IMG/VR virus record: IMGVR_UViG_3300037882_001894
Location: 1-59,321 of that record
Direction: 5' to 3' (one strand)
Length of the DNA stretch: 59,321 nt
Origin: a virus
Taxonomy: Duplodnaviria > Caudoviricetes
Part shown: positions 28,055 to 36,284 of the stretch, one piece after another
Layout: every line of letters starts with the position of its first letter
Position numbering within the stretch: position 1 is the stretch's first letter
Translations under genes and position numbers: made by a program
Notes under the pieces: generated by a model
Seen by the model: the letters and a program-made list of their open reading frames with translations, nothing else
What the model was told of the DNA's origin: nothing
Databases searched by the model: none

Positions 28055-28642
28055 ATGAGTAGTTTAGGTTATAATGCATATACTACATATGTAGCAGTAA
28101 AAATGCACTTTACCAGTAAAAAGTACAATTATTTCAGACACAAGGGTAGTAAAATTTCTGAAGGTGCGTTAAGAAAAAATAATGATCGATACTGGTTTAT
28201 GAAACTACAGGATAAATATTCGGAAGATGATTTGTTATCTTTTTTCCTAGCACAATACACTGCTAACCATATGCATAATTATTGGGTTGGTGATTCTTTT
28301 GGTGATAAATGTCAAGAATTGTACCATGATTATCAGAAAAGAATGGGTCAATTCACGCGATTTGTAAATCAAGATATTGCTGATCTATACAATACATATA
28401 ATCACGATGAAATATATAAGGTATCTTCTGGATATCCAAAGATCATAACATCATATTTGGCTGGTAAAATCTCACTAGAAACGCTGATTGTATTGGACGA
28501 ATTAAATGGCTGGGTGGGAGAATCTGAGGCATTAGTTGGTTTGGTGGGGGAACCATTGTTAAATAAGATAGAAAAATACCGACCATTCCTTAATTACAAT
28601 ATAGTACCAATTCGGAAAAAATATAATCAAATATTCACTTGA
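28055..28642 (+). CDS. gp59: Helicase loader
   Basis: Y..YVAVKMHF....YNYF..KG, DRYWF.KL, YL.GKISLETL. Confidence 0.88.
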   Translation: MSSLGYNAYTTYVAVKMHFTSKKYNYFRHKGSKISEGALRKNNDRYWFMKLQDKYSEDDLLSFFLAQYTANHMHNYWVGDSFGDKCQELYHDYQKRMGQFTRFVNQDIADLYNTYNHDEIYKVSSGYPKIITSYLAGKISLETLIVLDELNGWVGESEALVGLVGEPLLNKIEKYRPFLNYNIVPIRKKYNQIFT

Positions 28643-28647
28643 AAGTA

Positions 28648-28676
28648 TTGACTTATACATAATTACATGGTATTCT
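28648..28676 (+). promoter_or_regulatory. Sigma70-type promoter
   Basis: TTGACT-17nt-TATTCT with TG. Confidence 0.55.
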
Positions 28677-28702
28677 AATTAAGAACATTAAATACAGAGT
28701 AA

Positions 28703-28900
28703 ATGATCTTTACGTTTTGGCTGGTGTCTGGGGTGTTTTTAAATCTAGTTATGATCAACAGCATAACAGAAGAAGAAGATTTTGATACATTGGTAATTTT
28801 GTTATCGTTTGTTGCAAATTTTCTTTTTTCCCCTATTTTGATTGTAGCCAACTCTGCAAAAATGCTCAATGTCTTGCTTGAGGAAAACGAAATAAATTGA
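28703..28900 (+). CDS. Small membrane protein
   Basis: Two hydrophobic segments. Confidence 0.55.
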   Translation: MIFTFWLVSGVFLNLVMINSITEEEDFDTLVILLSFVANFLFSPILIVANSAKMLNVLLEENEIN

Positions 28901-28925
28901 CCTTTTCTGTATACAATGGTATAAT
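28897..28925 (+). promoter_or_regulatory. Sigma70-type promoter for gp32
   Basis: TTGACC-17nt-TATAAT with TG. Confidence 0.75.
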
Positions 28926-28992
28926 ATTATAAGGTAAGAAAACAAAAACATCTACACGATGTAAAGTGTGTAATTAAACAACAACAAAACGC

Positions 28993-29907
28993 ATGATAGA
29001 TCTTAAAGCTTTCAAACAACGACAACGTGCTACATCTTTGACAGAAATTACTGAATCCTATCAATACAAAGGATCAAACTACGTCGATTCCCGTTACTGG
29101 AAACTACCAACTCCTGACAAAAAAGATGGTGCGTATAGTGGAGCAATCATTCGGTTTTTGCCTTCACACAACCCCGAAAAACCTTTTATTACAACCTATT
29201 CCTACAGTTTTAATGGAATCAATGGACAGTACATCGAAGAGTCGTTAGAAACGCTTGGGAAGCCAGATCCAGTTCAACAATACAACTCTAAACTTTGGAG
29301 TACTGGTGATGAGGACAAAAGAGCAGATACTAAAAAACGCAGCCGAAAACTGCATTATATTGGTAATATTTTAGTAGTTAAAGATCCTACTCGTCCTGAT
29401 AATGAGGGTAAAGTATTTTTGTTTAAGTTTGGTGTTAAAATTTACGAAAAGCTGTTGGCAGCTATGCAAGGTGATGAAATGGCGATGGAAGCACCAATCG
29501 ACATTTTTGATCTAGACGAGGGTGCTAATTTTTCCCTCAACATGACGTATAGTGGTAAAACTGGATTTTTTGTGTACGATAAATCCAAATTCTTGCGTTG
29601 CTCCAGTATTGGTGACGAAGATTATCAAGAAATAGTAGTTGGTACTATTTATGATTTGGATGCTTGTGAACCAGTCAAATACAAGACATTTGAGTCATTG
29701 AAAGAGCGATTTGATGCAGTCATGACTAAAGGTACTGTCGCCGCTGATGAATCCCAACCAGACGATGAACTAGAACTACCACAAGAACCCGCAATTCCCG
29801 TTGAGAAAAAAGCAGCTAAAGTTAAAGTCAGCCTACCAAAACCTCCTACTATGGATGATGAATTTGCTGAGTTTGATTCTTTAGTGGATGATGATATTCC
29901 TTTCTAA
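28993..29907 (+). CDS. gp32: Single-stranded DNA-binding protein
   Basis: D.RYWK, IRFLP, RKLHYI.NILVVKDP..PDNEGKVFLFKFG.KI, GANF, YDKSKF, acidic DDDIPF tail. Confidence 0.95.
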   Translation: MIDLKAFKQRQRATSLTEITESYQYKGSNYVDSRYWKLPTPDKKDGAYSGAIIRFLPSHNPEKPFITTYSYSFNGINGQYIEESLETLGKPDPVQQYNSKLWSTGDEDKRADTKKRSRKLHYIGNILVVKDPTRPDNEGKVFLFKFGVKIYEKLLAAMQGDEMAMEAPIDIFDLDEGANFSLNMTYSGKTGFFVYDKSKFLRCSSIGDEDYQEIVVGTIYDLDACEPVKYKTFESLKERFDAVMTKGTVAADESQPDDELELPQEPAIPVEKKAAKVKVSLPKPPTMDDEFAEFDSLVDDDIPF

Positions 29908-29911
29908 AATC

Positions 29912-30514
29912 TTATATTTCTTCAAATTTATTACCACCAGCATTTAGTATGTTGGTCTGGTATTTTATCAACTTAATAAAATCATCTTCAAATCTTGCTA
30001 CAACCAATGGGTTCAACAGCAAGATTTTTCTTTTGTTTTCATTTTTTTCGATTATGTCTTCTCTCGCTGTCACTGGTACTCTTGCACTATTACCACTAAT
30101 GGTTATATTATCTATTTTTTTACTAAAATATTGACCTACTATCAAACCATATGGCACCACTATATATCCATTACTATTCTTCAATTCTATTGTTCTATAA
30201 AATAATATATCATTTTTGTCTAGCCGATCATATACTATCTGCTCGATCTCACTATTGGATAATGCCCACTCATCGTAATGGATATTATTGACCAATAATA
30301 TTAACCAATAATATTTTATATCTCCGTAATAATTGTTTGCTATCTGTTCTGGGCGTTCTCCATCTTTTATATAATACTCTTCGTACAAAGTATTATTTGT
30401 CTGGATATCTCCATTCAATTTTAATCTTCTGAACATATCTACTACATCTACAGCACCACCATCTACTGGATCGGTTATTGTTATTTTTGGGTATGATTTA
30501 AAATATGATGACAT
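29912..30514 (-). CDS. gp53: Baseplate wedge subunit
   Basis: YF..YP, IKDGERPEQIA..YYG...YYWLILLVNNI....W, NE.KR.I. Confidence 0.9.
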   Translation of the reverse strand: MSSYFKSYPKITITDPVDGGAVDVVDMFRRLKLNGDIQTNNTLYEEYYIKDGERPEQIANNYYGDIKYYWLILLVNNIHYDEWALSNSEIEQIVYDRLDKNDILFYRTIELKNSNGYIVVPYGLIVGQYFSKKIDNITISGNSARVPVTAREDIIEKNENKRKILLLNPLVVARFEDDFIKLIKYQTNILNAGGNKFEEI

Positions 30515-30515
30515 T

Positions 30516-31517
30516 CTAGTATCCTTCCACTTCCACTTCTTTTGCTGTAATTATTTCCGTCTCGTAAAAAGACAACGTTAATTCCATTGCCACTGGACTT
30601 ACTTCTCCATCCTCATTTATATGCGTACTCCATACACTATCTGGTGTGTAGTTGGTACTAACACTCACCAACACCAATGGCTTTAGTTTTGGTAGATTGC
30701 TCATCTCCCCATTACTGGATTTGAATTTCAGATCGAAAATATTTGGCACAGTTAGCCATCTATCCCCTAATCCCAATAATTGATTGTTTACTGTTGGATC
30801 GGCATCAGTCAATAATCCAGAACGAGAATAATCCGGTAGCGCATTGATCCGCAAAGCTTTTATTATATTTTTTATTTGTGTCTGCTCCTTTTCATTTCTT
30901 GGTAATAGCTTGTATCTACAATTAAAGGATCTTGGTTCATTGCCCTTGAAGATCTGCTCATAATATGGGTTCAGTATTTTGCCGTTGAATCCCTGCGTAA
31001 TAGCTTGTCCAGAACTGAAAAATCCTAGACTCTCTACTATACCCAATATTGTTTCTGGGATACCTGCTTTAGCCATCGTCGCCAGCGTTTCTGCTGTATT
31101 TTGTTGATTACCTCCCTGAACAAACTGCTGTGCTACCGTTGGAGCAAATCTACCGATTGTACGTGTGTCCTCAAGGTTCCATACAGGATTGTCATCAAAT
31201 TGAATTTGATCTGGCATCGGTAGTTTGAATGTATTAATAATATCGCCTTGGATGAAGCGTTCTACGGCGGTGCCTCTACCACCTATATCTTCACCGAATA
31301 ATTTAGGTGCATTAACCAATCCATTACTGGAAGCTAGTGTAGTGATTGGTATTACATTCTGTGTGACAAAGTATTCTGATAGACTAATATATTTGTATGT
31401 TTTGATCTCAACGAAATCCACATAATCTGAGATCAAATTCTCAGGATATTGGTAAGACTCTCCTTTTATACTTTTTTTGTTTTTTGGATTGATGTATTGT
31501 GCGAGGTTGGTGGGCAT
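30516..31517 (-). CDS. gp48: Baseplate tail-tube cap
   Basis: YP, LPMP, NPY.EQIFKG...RSF...Y.L.PRNE.E, NYTP, LSF.E.EI.T. Confidence 0.85.
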   Translation of the reverse strand: MPTNLAQYINPKNKKSIKGESYQYPENLISDYVDFVEIKTYKYISLSEYFVTQNVIPITTLASSNGLVNAPKLFGEDIGGRGTAVERFIQGDIINTFKLPMPDQIQFDDNPVWNLEDTRTIGRFAPTVAQQFVQGGNQQNTAETLATMAKAGIPETILGIVESLGFFSSGQAITQGFNGKILNPYYEQIFKGNEPRSFNCRYKLLPRNEKEQTQIKNIIKALRINALPDYSRSGLLTDADPTVNNQLLGLGDRWLTVPNIFDLKFKSSNGEMSNLPKLKPLVLVSVSTNYTPDSVWSTHINEDGEVSPVAMELTLSFYETEIITAKEVEVEGY

Positions 31518-31518
31518 A

Positions 31519-31944
31519 TTATATATTCTCTTCAGTGAGGATCTTGAATTCTATTTCTTTGTCTTTGCACCATTCTGAAGCAGCATTCCATTTTGCCAGA
31601 TTTTTGTGGTATATTTTTAGTGCTTCTATATATGGTTTAGTGGGTTTGGTGGGTTTTTTGGGTTCAAGCGTCTCTTTTTTTGGCTTGATTTCTACCATTA
31701 TTTTTTTGCAGTCTATTGTTTCTATCAAAAAGTCTGGATAGTATTTGTGTAGTTTGTTGTCTTCTTCTAGAAAATATGGGATCGCGATTCCTTCTGAATT
31801 CCAGTGTAAAATATTAGGATTTGTGTCACAGTATGTCATGAATTTATGCTCCCAACTGGATCGATAAGTGATCTGCCCTTTTCCAATATATTTCTCTGGA
31901 TTTTTTGGTGTAAATGTGCCCTGATGATAATGTTTTCTGCTCAT
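31519..31944 (-). CDS. gp4: Head completion nuclease (TnsA-like)
   Basis: G.F.PKNPEKYIG...I.YRSSWE..FM..CD, W.SE...IPY, YYPDF, VEIKP, AKW.AA. Confidence 0.93.
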   Translation of the reverse strand: MSRKHYHQGTFTPKNPEKYIGKGQITYRSSWEHKFMTYCDTNPNILHWNSEGIAIPYFLEEDNKLHKYYPDFLIETIDCKKIMVEIKPKKETLEPKKPTKPTKPYIEALKIYHKNLAKWNAASEWCKDKEIEFKILTEENI

Positions 31945-32016
31945 ACGCTATCTTCTTGTTGATACATTAATATTTAGTTTATTGTGTTATAATAGATATA
32001 CAATTATTTGATGATC

Positions 32017-32712
32017 ATGATCCATTATAACGACAGCACTAATACATATTCTTTCGATCTACCTAACCACAATACCAACAAAAATCATAAATTAACATAT
32101 AATCAATTGTTTGTAGACAATAAACTACACGTATTAAACATCATCACTGGCAATCTCTATACCACTATTATTGATATCTCTTCAATACCACTACTGAAAC
32201 AATATAATTTTAATGTAGATATTGGTGGTAGATTTCGTACAGGATTAAATGACAAAACTATAAAAATACATGAAATAATATACGATATCAAAACTAATAA
32301 CAACTGGGTGATTAATCATATAGATGGTGATCCCACAAACAACCAAAGAGCAAATCTAGAATTGGTTACAAATTGGTTCAATACTGCACTACGCAAAACT
32401 ACTAATTCCTTACCATTAGGTGTAAAATATGCTAATAATGGTAATAGTTTTAGGACAGTAATTAAGCTACCAACTAGTAATCAAGCTACAACTTTTGGTT
32501 CACTTTCAATAGATTATCTCCAAAATATGCATTATCAGTTTGGCACCAAATCCAAATTAGTATCTCCGCAAAGATATTTGGAATCCACACCAAATTGGTT
32601 GCCTGATAACAGCATAATCTTCACACCAGAACACCAGCAAAAATTAGATATGCTGGTGAAAAAGCATCTGGAGAACCAAGCAAAGTGGGACAAACCAGAA
32701 TCAATATACTAA
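32017..32712 (+). mobile_element. HNH homing-endonuclease family, copy 3
   Basis: MIHYNDSTNTYSFDLPNHN... NHIDGDPTNNQRANL; on + strand within a minus-strand cluster. Confidence 0.85.
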
Positions 32713-32791
32713 TGTCTCTCCAGATGCCTCTAGAATGCCCTACAACAGACGATAACTACGAAAACATATACAACTATCAAATTTAATAAAT
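32709..32791. repeat. ~83-bp dispersed non-coding repeat, copy A
   Basis: ctaatgtctctccagatgcctctagaatgccc...tatacaactatcaaatttaataaat; matches 53486..53568. Confidence 0.85.
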
Positions 32792-32815
32792 CATCAGTTA
32801 CAGAGCATTCTTGCA

Positions 32816-33745
32816 CTATTTTAAATACCACGCGACTAATGGTAATAAAATTGCAGTTCGTATCTCATCAGGATCAATTTGCCATAATGGTGATAACAAA
32901 TGATTTGGGTGTTTCAAATAAGTGTGAAATAATTCATCTCTGTAATTCGGTTGATTGCCATTTTCGATATCAGCAACGATATCGAATGCTTCGGAATTGC
33001 TGTTGCACCAATGGAAGTTTATACCAAGGAAATGAACTTCGCTGTTGTCTAGACAATATATTAATGGACTTCTATCAAACTTAGGTAAAGTATCGTAGCC
33101 TTTTGCCCAATAGCGAAACGAGTAAAAACTACCAATTTCTGGTTCACGCCCTGAATTGCGTCTAGTATCCTCTATATAGCCTCTTGTGCTGTTTATGGCA
33201 GAGTATCTATTTAATACTTTTCGATAGCTGTGGATGTCATTTGGGGGGCGATACAGCTTAATATAATCAAATACATTACTGGGGATACCTACTGCTGCTA
33301 CTGCATCCCGATCTATAGCTTCCCGTTCTTCTCGTTTCTTTTGTTCTTGTTTTTTCTCACGATTATAAAATCTTTTAAGATTATCCACTTCGATCCCTTT
33401 TTGTTTTTGGGATAAATCTGGACGCACAGTTGGAGTAGTATCAGTTTTTCTGATATATTTCTCACCATCTTTGTCTACTTGTTTTCGTTCTTCTGCTCTT
33501 TTTTCATCACGTAGGGCATTAATAATATCTTCAGCAGCCTTTTTCTTTTCAGCAGTGGTTGCGTTGTCTTTCCAGTTTTTAAATTCGTCTGCTGGTAGAG
33601 ATTTTATATACTCATCATATTCTCTAGCTAGATCCACAAATGATCTTCTTGGTGTTCCATTAGCATTAGCTTCTACTAATTCGTCTACTTGTAGTTTTGC
33701 CAATACTCTTGCTCTGTTTTCGGCTGTGTATTTGTTACTAGGCAT
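32816..33745 (-). CDS. gp2: DNA end protector-like protein with charged N-terminal extension
   Basis: G.FYSF.Y.AK...TLP.FDR.PLI, FLGINFHW; adjacent to gp4 and gp54. Confidence 0.75.
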   Translation of the reverse strand: MPSNKYTAENRARVLAKLQVDELVEANANGTPRRSFVDLAREYDEYIKSLPADEFKNWKDNATTAEKKKAAEDIINALRDEKRAEERKQVDKDGEKYIRKTDTTPTVRPDLSQKQKGIEVDNLKRFYNREKKQEQKKREEREAIDRDAVAAVGIPSNVFDYIKLYRPPNDIHSYRKVLNRYSAINSTRGYIEDTRRNSGREPEIGSFYSFRYWAKGYDTLPKFDRSPLIYCLDNSEVHFLGINFHWCNSNSEAFDIVADIENGNQPNYRDELFHTYLKHPNHLLSPLWQIDPDEIRTAILLPLVAWYLK

Positions 33746-33834
33746 TATATTTAATATACTATATACACCAATATTTAGATACTGGTGGAAACTGGAATAA
33801 TTCTAAATACAATAGTAATGTATTATATATTTTA

Positions 33835-34560
33835 ATGGCAGCACCTACGCTCAGAGAATTTGAAAGATTGATATCAAAATATGGTATATCATCATCTAAC
33901 TTATATGATATTAGTTTTGGTGCCAAGATATCCAGCAATAGTAGTGATTCTAAATTATTACAATCACTGAAACGACAATATTCTAATGATATTGGAACTA
34001 ATTATAATGCAGCAGAACAATTAAGATTTTATACAGATGATGTGAATCTTCCTGGTTTGCAATTAGTGACTGGTAGTTATAAAATTAATAATTCTCCAGC
34101 ATATTCTTATGCAGTAGATGCGATATATCCAGAAATGAGTATAACATTCATACTGGATGCATATATGAATCAAAAGAAATTATTTGAAAAATGGATCGAT
34201 TTTATTAAACCTATGTCGGTAGATTCTAAAGGTTTGATGATGAGAATGCGTTATCGAGATGAGTATGTTACAAATATTACAATTGATAAGTACGAAAGAT
34301 ATGGGAATGCCTATAAGCCAAATGATATAAAACTACCAATAAAAATAAATAAGGGTAGTGAAACAGCAACATCCAACAATTCATTACTGAAATATTCAGT
34401 GAGATTGCATAATGCTTATCCCACTAGTATTAGTAGTGTGCAACTTAATAGTGGTAGTAGTCAACTAAATCGAGTGACTGTGGGTTTTAAGTATGAGTAT
34501 TTAATCCAATCTAGTAATAATAATATAGGTGTTGCGGCAACCCTAGAAAATGTGGTTTAA
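33835..34560 (+). CDS. gp54: Baseplate tail-tube initiator / tail-tube-like protein
   Basis: N.Y.I.F, VNLPG, ITFILD.....KK.FE.W, L.NAYPTSI....L, VTVGF.Y. Confidence 0.75.
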   Translation: MAAPTLREFERLISKYGISSSNLYDISFGAKISSNSSDSKLLQSLKRQYSNDIGTNYNAAEQLRFYTDDVNLPGLQLVTGSYKINNSPAYSYAVDAIYPEMSITFILDAYMNQKKLFEKWIDFIKPMSVDSKGLMMRMRYRDEYVTNITIDKYERYGNAYKPNDIKLPIKINKGSETATSNNSLLKYSVRLHNAYPTSISSVQLNSGSSQLNRVTVGFKYEYLIQSSNNNIGVAATLENVV

Positions 34561-34592
34561 GATAAATATATATTTAATAAAATTTAAGGTTT

Positions 34593-35336
34593 ATGAGAGA
34601 ATTAGTAGAAAGTGTGAAATCGTTGTATGAGATTAAATTAGGATTGAATGACATCAAAAATGATATTCCGATAGAACAGGTGAAACACGAAAAGAAAAAA
34701 GCCTATGAGGTAGATGGTGGTGATGGTAAAAAATATCATGATGGTGGTGATGAAGATATAGAATATAGTACTTCACACGGAAAATATACAGGAACCAGAA
34801 CTGCTGGTGGGAATCATACAGTCACTTACACACCAAGCGAAGAGAATAGTCCACATGATTGGGGTTCTGGTATTCGGGGTGGGGAACCAAGTATGATGTA
34901 TAATACTAACGATAGATTAAGAAATACTCAGCACTTGAGACACATGAATGCATTGCATAATCATTATGTAAAAAATCATGTGCTGCCAAATGACACACTA
35001 AGTATAGCAAAAAATAATGATGATAGTAAATTTGAAACTTCCACAAAAGTAAATAGAAGAGAGAAACTTTATGGATTGCTGAAAAAACACAAAGATTTTC
35101 ATGCACCAGATGAATCAGAAAAAGATAATGACGATCAATTGAGAACTACATACATTAGACACCCATCATCAGGAAAGCCAGTGGGTACATCAGATTCTAA
35201 TGAATATGCTATAAATAGAAAAGGCAATATAAAAGCATCGCAATTAGTGAACAAAGATACCGTAGACAGCCAAAAAGAATATAAGCCTAGCCTGACTAAT
35301 AGAGTGAAACGATTAATGAATACTAAAATATTTTAG
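34593..35336 (+). CDS. Hydrophilic late hypothetical protein
   Basis: TAAATA at 34563; MNALHNHYVKNH.LPND resembles AMHLHNHFIKHGTKPGD of 19505..20419. Confidence 0.55.
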   Translation: MRELVESVKSLYEIKLGLNDIKNDIPIEQVKHEKKKAYEVDGGDGKKYHDGGDEDIEYSTSHGKYTGTRTAGGNHTVTYTPSEENSPHDWGSGIRGGEPSMMYNTNDRLRNTQHLRHMNALHNHYVKNHVLPNDTLSIAKNNDDSKFETSTKVNRREKLYGLLKKHKDFHAPDESEKDNDDQLRTTYIRHPSSGKPVGTSDSNEYAINRKGNIKASQLVNKDTVDSQKEYKPSLTNRVKRLMNTKIF

Positions 35337-35382
35337 ACCATTTTGCTAAGTATAAATATACATACAAATTAAATATTTATGC

Positions 35383-36108
35383 ATGAAATTACCATCAATT
35401 GCTTATCCTACATACGAAATAACTGGTGCTATAACCAAAACCAAGATCCAGTATCGACCATTTCTCACTGGTGAAGAAAAGATATTATATCTAGCGATGA
35501 GAAGTGAAGATAATGAACAAATTAAAAATGCGGTACTGAAAGTATTGAATGCTTGTATTATCACACCAGGAATCAAAGCAGAGACATTGCCAGTATTTGA
35601 TCTCGAAAAACTCTTTTTGTCTGTTCGAGCAAAAGCAATTGGTGAAGTAATCGATCTGAAGATTCCTTGTGATGTAGAGAAACCTGAAGATGAGATTATG
35701 TATGTTGATGTGAAACTACTTATAGATGATGTAGAAGTGAAAATCCCAGATGGACATACTAATGTTATCAAAGTAACTGACAACGTGACGATAATTATGA
35801 ATTATCCAGGTTTGCAAGATTTCTTAGAAGCCAATTTCATCGACACCACCACCGAAAAAAATATGTTTGATATTACTAAATCTTGTATAGGACAGTTGAT
35901 AGTAGAAGATCAAGTATATAATTTTGCTGATGTTAGTGATGTAGAAAAAGAAGAGTTTATTAATACACTACCAACAAAGATATTTGAGAAAATTTCTAAT
36001 TTCTTTAGTAATCTACCAACATTATACTTTGACGTGGTAGTACAACATCCGGTTACTGGGAAAGAAACTACACGTAGATTAGAAGGCATAACCGATTTTT
36101 TTTCATAG
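35383..36108 (+). CDS. gp26: Baseplate hub assembly protein
   Basis: LP.I..PTYE, YRPFL..EEKIL..A, FDLE.LFL..RAK.IGE, M.YP, LEGITDFF. Confidence 0.88.
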   Translation: MKLPSIAYPTYEITGAITKTKIQYRPFLTGEEKILYLAMRSEDNEQIKNAVLKVLNACIITPGIKAETLPVFDLEKLFLSVRAKAIGEVIDLKIPCDVEKPEDEIMYVDVKLLIDDVEVKIPDGHTNVIKVTDNVTIIMNYPGLQDFLEANFIDTTTEKNMFDITKSCIGQLIVEDQVYNFADVSDVEKEEFINTLPTKIFEKISNFFSNLPTLYFDVVVQHPVTGKETTRRLEGITDFFS

Positions 36109-36284
36109 CACTCGGTTATACTAGTTTGGAGAATATCTATTCTAAATATTTTGAATTCATACATATACATCACTGGGATATGACATTTGTAGAAAACTGT
36201 ATCCCTTGGGAATTGGATGTATATGTACAAAAATTAAATCAATATACTGAGGAAAAAAATCAAGCACAAGCGCAACCAAGTTAG
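36102..36284 (+). CDS. gp51: gp51-like baseplate hub assembly catalyst, in -1 frame to gp26 (not in ORF track)
   Basis: FIALGYTSLENIYSKYFEFIHIHHWDMTFVENCIPWELDVYVQKLNQYTEEKN; no ATG before the conserved region (TTG at 36126). Confidence 0.75.
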   Translation, partial: FIALGYTSLENIYSKYFEFIHIHHWDMTFVENCIPWELDVYVQKLNQYTEEKNQAQAQPS

